44,957 nt of DNA from a virus. Lineage: Duplodnaviria > Caudoviricetes. A program made the position numbers and the translations under genes. The stretch lies in the IMG/VR virus record IMGVR_UViG_3300032305_001094, positions 1 to 44,957 of that record. One strand, 5' to 3'. Within the stretch, counting starts at the first letter, position 1. Every line of letters starts with the position of its first letter. Shown here in pieces: positions 42,259 to 44,957 of the stretch. Below the pieces are notes generated by a model. The model worked only from the letters and a program-made list of their open reading frames with translations. It was not told the DNA's origin and ran no database searches.

Positions 42259-42963
42259 TTACTCTGAGCCACCCTTTAGTCTAATTGCTTTTACTTGATG
42301 CTCTCCCATTTTTTTCCCTTTATGGTCTGTGGCGTCTCTGTAAAAATTAGTCCATCTACCTTCCGCATTTGCCGCCATAACTGCTGCTGAGTAGGATTCT
42401 TCCAAAAACTCTGGCCTGCTTATTTCTCCTATTGGAGATAAAATCATTTCTGAATTTTGCATATCCTCTAAATCTATTGGCATTATAGATATGATAGGTG
42501 TATTGGCTTTTATTGTTATCTCTACATTAGGCCTAGTTATTCTCCAAGCCACTGGCAGGTCTCCCCTAAAAAATGATGTAGACAGAAGTGTTGTAAATGG
42601 AACAACACCATCTATAAACTGATTTGGGACTGGCATTGAAAGCAATGTCTGATTCTTTTCTGTTACAAACATTAAGCCCGTATTAAAACTAATTGTTGCA
42701 TTTGCCCTACTAGTATAAACATATTTTTCACCAGCAAGCACCTTAACATGGTTTGGAGTAGAGTCACAAATTCCATCCCAAATAAAGGTAATGTCTTCAG
42801 GAAAAGATATTCCCCATCCTAATTGATTAGTTAATCCAACTGGGAAGCACTTGTATGCGTGAGACTCATAGGTCTCGTCCATCCAAGATCTTTTTGCATT
42901 TAATGGGGATACTTGAGCGTATCCTTCTCTAGTTTTGTATACCTTTATGTTTTTCACGTTCAA
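42259..42963 (-). CDS. DUF6065-like protein
   Basis: RSWMD...HAYKCFPV...NQLGW...WDG pattern recalled from DUF6065; start codon uncertain. Confidence 0.65.
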   Translation of the reverse strand: MNVKNIKVYKTREGYAQVSPLNAKRSWMDETYESHAYKCFPVGLTNQLGWGISFPEDITFIWDGICDSTPNHVKVLAGEKYVYTSRANATISFNTGLMFVTEKNQTLLSMPVPNQFIDGVVPFTTLLSTSFFRGDLPVAWRITRPNVEITIKANTPIISIMPIDLEDMQNSEMILSPIGEISRPEFLEESYSAAVMAANAEGRWTNFYRDATDHKGKKMGEHQVKAIRLKGGSE

Positions 42964-43615
42964 CTCTTTCTGCTCTCATCTGCATAAACTCTTGGCAGTG
43001 GGCATGATCGTTATAGTCTAGCATTGTTACAATTGAATATTTTCTTCCTTCTGTAACTGGCTCAGCAACGTGAGAAAACAGGTACGTAGAAGGGAATATG
43101 TAAAGATCTCCAGCTTGTGGTTTAATAGAGATATCTAGCTTTGGAAAAGTTAGTTCTCCGCCAAGATAATCGTCATTTGGATATGCTACCAATGAGACTG
43201 TAGCGCTATATGAGAAACCATGATCTGCATGTTCTTTAAAGTGTTGTCCAGGTCCGTATTGAATGAAGTTCATAACTTCCCAGTAATTCATTCTAACATT
43301 ATACTTGCCGCAATAATCTTCAACTGATGGGATCTGTGCTGCATACGCAGACTCCCATATTTCTGACAAAGCAAATTCTTGTATATTTTTAGGGCTTTTA
43401 ATTTCTCCAATTTTAAAATCTTGGCAATCTCTGTAGTCTAACTTTGTTTCAGAATATCCTACTGTTGCGTCTGCCCATTTGTATGAGTCATTATTGGCTT
43501 CAATGAAATCTTTTGTTCTGTCCATTATAGACTGAGGCATTACATTTCTGTATACCCATAGTCCTGGAAATAGCATTTCTTTTGATGACCAGTTTGGTTT
43601 TATATCTGTAATCAT
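42929..43615 (-). CDS. 2OG-Fe(II) oxygenase (prolyl-hydroxylase-like)
   Basis: HAD...YPNDDYLGGE...FPS...H...PVTEGRKY. Confidence 0.9.
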   Translation of the reverse strand: MITDIKPNWSSKEMLFPGLWVYRNVMPQSIMDRTKDFIEANNDSYKWADATVGYSETKLDYRDCQDFKIGEIKSPKNIQEFALSEIWESAYAAQIPSVEDYCGKYNVRMNYWEVMNFIQYGPGQHFKEHADHGFSYSATVSLVAYPNDDYLGGELTFPKLDISIKPQAGDLYIFPSTYLFSHVAEPVTEGRKYSIVTMLDYNDHAHCQEFMQMRAERVEREKHKGIQN

Positions 43616-44224
43616 TTACGCTCCTGTCTTGTTATAGTGTAACATATCGTCTGGCATGATGTCAATAATTAAATGGACTCTGTCTACTGTGCTATTATTG
43701 CTAGCTGCATGCTTCATCTGGTTATTAATTTCATACCACCCACCTTGTTCCATATTTATAGTATTATCCATTACTGTAAATGTAACATCTTTATTTGTAA
43801 TTATTGGTACATGAACTCTTCTTGAGTAATGTAGCAGAGGCCCTCCGTCAACATGTGGCCTGATAGTTACATTGGCTGGCAGGTTTACCACTTCGCATCT
43901 TATTATTTTACCAGAATAATAAGCAGCAAGCTTTTCAAAAATTATATCTATTTCTATGTTTGCCTGATCATTAATAAACTTATTATGCTGGGTTACTTCT
44001 ACCACATCCCCAGGTTTCCAGATAGCTTCATCCGTTAAGCATATCGGGAACATTTTTGTGTCTTTGTGGGTATAAAAAGTTTCCTGTCTTTTTGTGTAGG
44101 AATACCACTCTTCCTCAAAAGAGGATACTTCTTTTTTTATATTGTCTATGTTAAAATCGCCTAATTTTAAAATAGACCACTCGCTATTTTTTTTCAGTCT
44201 TTCGTACATATTCGTATATCTCAC
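43616..44224 (-). CDS. Aspartyl/asparaginyl beta-hydroxylase-like 2OG-Fe(II) oxygenase
   Basis: IRPHVD, RVHVPIITN and H...N...DRVHLIID motifs; alternative start at 44209. Confidence 0.85.
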   Translation of the reverse strand: MRYTNMYERLKKNSEWSILKLGDFNIDNIKKEVSSFEEEWYSYTKRQETFYTHKDTKMFPICLTDEAIWKPGDVVEVTQHNKFINDQANIEIDIIFEKLAAYYSGKIIRCEVVNLPANVTIRPHVDGGPLLHYSRRVHVPIITNKDVTFTVMDNTINMEQGGWYEINNQMKHAASNNSTVDRVHLIIDIMPDDMLHYNKTGA

Positions 44225-44891
44225 AATCTACTTCATTTAACTCTTTAATTCTTTTTAAATGGGATTCGTTAATTTCTACTTTAACTGATGGGGACTGGTT
44301 GGATTTATCTGAGTACTTAAACGCATTTATTCCAAATTGTTTTTTAACCTCTTCGTTAAAATCAAACTTAAACTTATCATAGTTTTCCATTGTATATATA
44401 TTGATACCTGCTATAGATTCTTTAATCTTATCAATATCTAGGGAGTAATCTTCTAAGTGCCATATATTGTCTATATATGATTCTGAGCTTATTCCTATAT
44501 AACTATTAAAAAGATTTACATCTGTTGAGCCAGTTAAAAATTTAGACTGTAGGTTGCCTTGTATTTCTGACTGCTCTTTATATAGCCATTGATCTAAGTT
44601 GTTTTCAGCCGACTCTTTTGATGTTATATAGCCAGTATTATATTTAAAATAGCTAACATATCTTTCTACTGGGTCTCTTAGTAAACAGAAAACTTTGGGA
44701 GAGTCCATGTATTTCAATGGCATTCTCCCAAAGTGTCCTATAACAAACTTACTTTTTTTAATATGCTCTATGTCAATTCGTGTTCGATTTGACGCAAAGT
44801 GAGGGATATCTTTAGCAATAAGGTCTGGGACCATATTGTTCCTTATGTATACTCCAGATGTTCTAGGTATATGAAGGTGATATATAGACAT
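44184..44891 (-). CDS. Sulfotransferase-family protein
   Basis: HLHIPRTSG (5'-PSB-like), LRDPVERYVSYF (3'-PB-like) and N-x-x-D-x-x-IYE C-terminal motifs. Confidence 0.8.
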   Translation of the reverse strand: MSIYHLHIPRTSGVYIRNNMVPDLIAKDIPHFASNRTRIDIEHIKKSKFVIGHFGRMPLKYMDSPKVFCLLRDPVERYVSYFKYNTGYITSKESAENNLDQWLYKEQSEIQGNLQSKFLTGSTDVNLFNSYIGISSESYIDNIWHLEDYSLDIDKIKESIAGINIYTMENYDKFKFDFNEEVKKQFGINAFKYSDKSNQSPSVKVEINESHLKRIKELNEVDCEIYEYVRKTEKK

Positions 44892-44957
44892 TAGTACATC
44901 TTTAGGTTGTGTACTACAATGTCTCCTGCAATTAAGACATCTACTGGTGAAGCGTCT
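44891..44957 (-). CDS. C-terminal end of a protein with a Hint/intein-like terminal motif (partial)
   Basis: Manual translation DASPVDVLIAGDIVVHNLKMY*; the stop overlaps the sulfotransferase ATG (TAATG). Confidence 0.6.
   Translation of the reverse strand, partial: DASPVDVLIAGDIVVHNLKMY

Noticed and set aside
947-44038. The many plus-strand ORFs in the track (e.g. 7604..8044, 25529..25957, 33093..33728, 38649..39068)
   Set aside because: They lie antisense to well-supported minus-strand genes and show no recognisable motifs; they are shadow ORFs.
44891-44957. Canonical splicing intein
   Set aside because: The residue after HN is Leu, not Cys/Ser/Thr, and there is almost no C-extein. It is kept only as a Hint-like motif.
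1-44957. tRNA/rRNA genes, integrase, or a recoded genetic code
   Set aside because: The intergenic gaps are short and explained by promoters and terminators; no cloverleaf or recombinase motif was seen; the standard code gives near-complete coding density.

Overview
A 45-kb segment of an AT-rich, long-tailed dsDNA phage. All credible genes lie on the minus strand. In transcription order (right to left) it contains five modules. (1) The last 21 codons of a protein ending in a Hint-like VHN motif, then a modification operon: a sulfotransferase-like gene, an Asp/Asn beta-hydroxylase-like gene, five prolyl-hydroxylase-like 2OG-Fe(II) oxygenases and a DUF6065-like gene. (2) A collagen-like fibre with an S74 chaperone, and a LamG-like protein. 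(3) Head and neck genes: portal, protease-scaffold, HK97-type capsid and neck proteins. (4) Tail genes: major tail protein, a tail chaperone with a -1 frameshift, a 4157-aa tape measure protein, and tail tip and fibre genes. (5) A replication module: metallophosphoesterase, small Zn-binding proteins, HTH protein, DnaB helicase, primase, SSB and the start of a DnaE-type polymerase. The gene layout and leaderless sigmaA-type promoters suggest a phage of low-GC Actinobacteria; this is inference only. The most striking feature is the tape measure protein. It reads as a modular polyprotein in which repeated [FYHR]xxGGx[VIL] boxes delimit cargo domains: an R-S-E ADP-ribosyltransferase, CHAP plus LysM, a HExxH Zn peptidase, a lysozyme-like domain and several unknown domains. 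The second is the oxygenase/sulfotransferase operon bracketed by a Hint-ended protein and a collagen-like fibre. All family calls come from motif recognition by eye; no searches were run.
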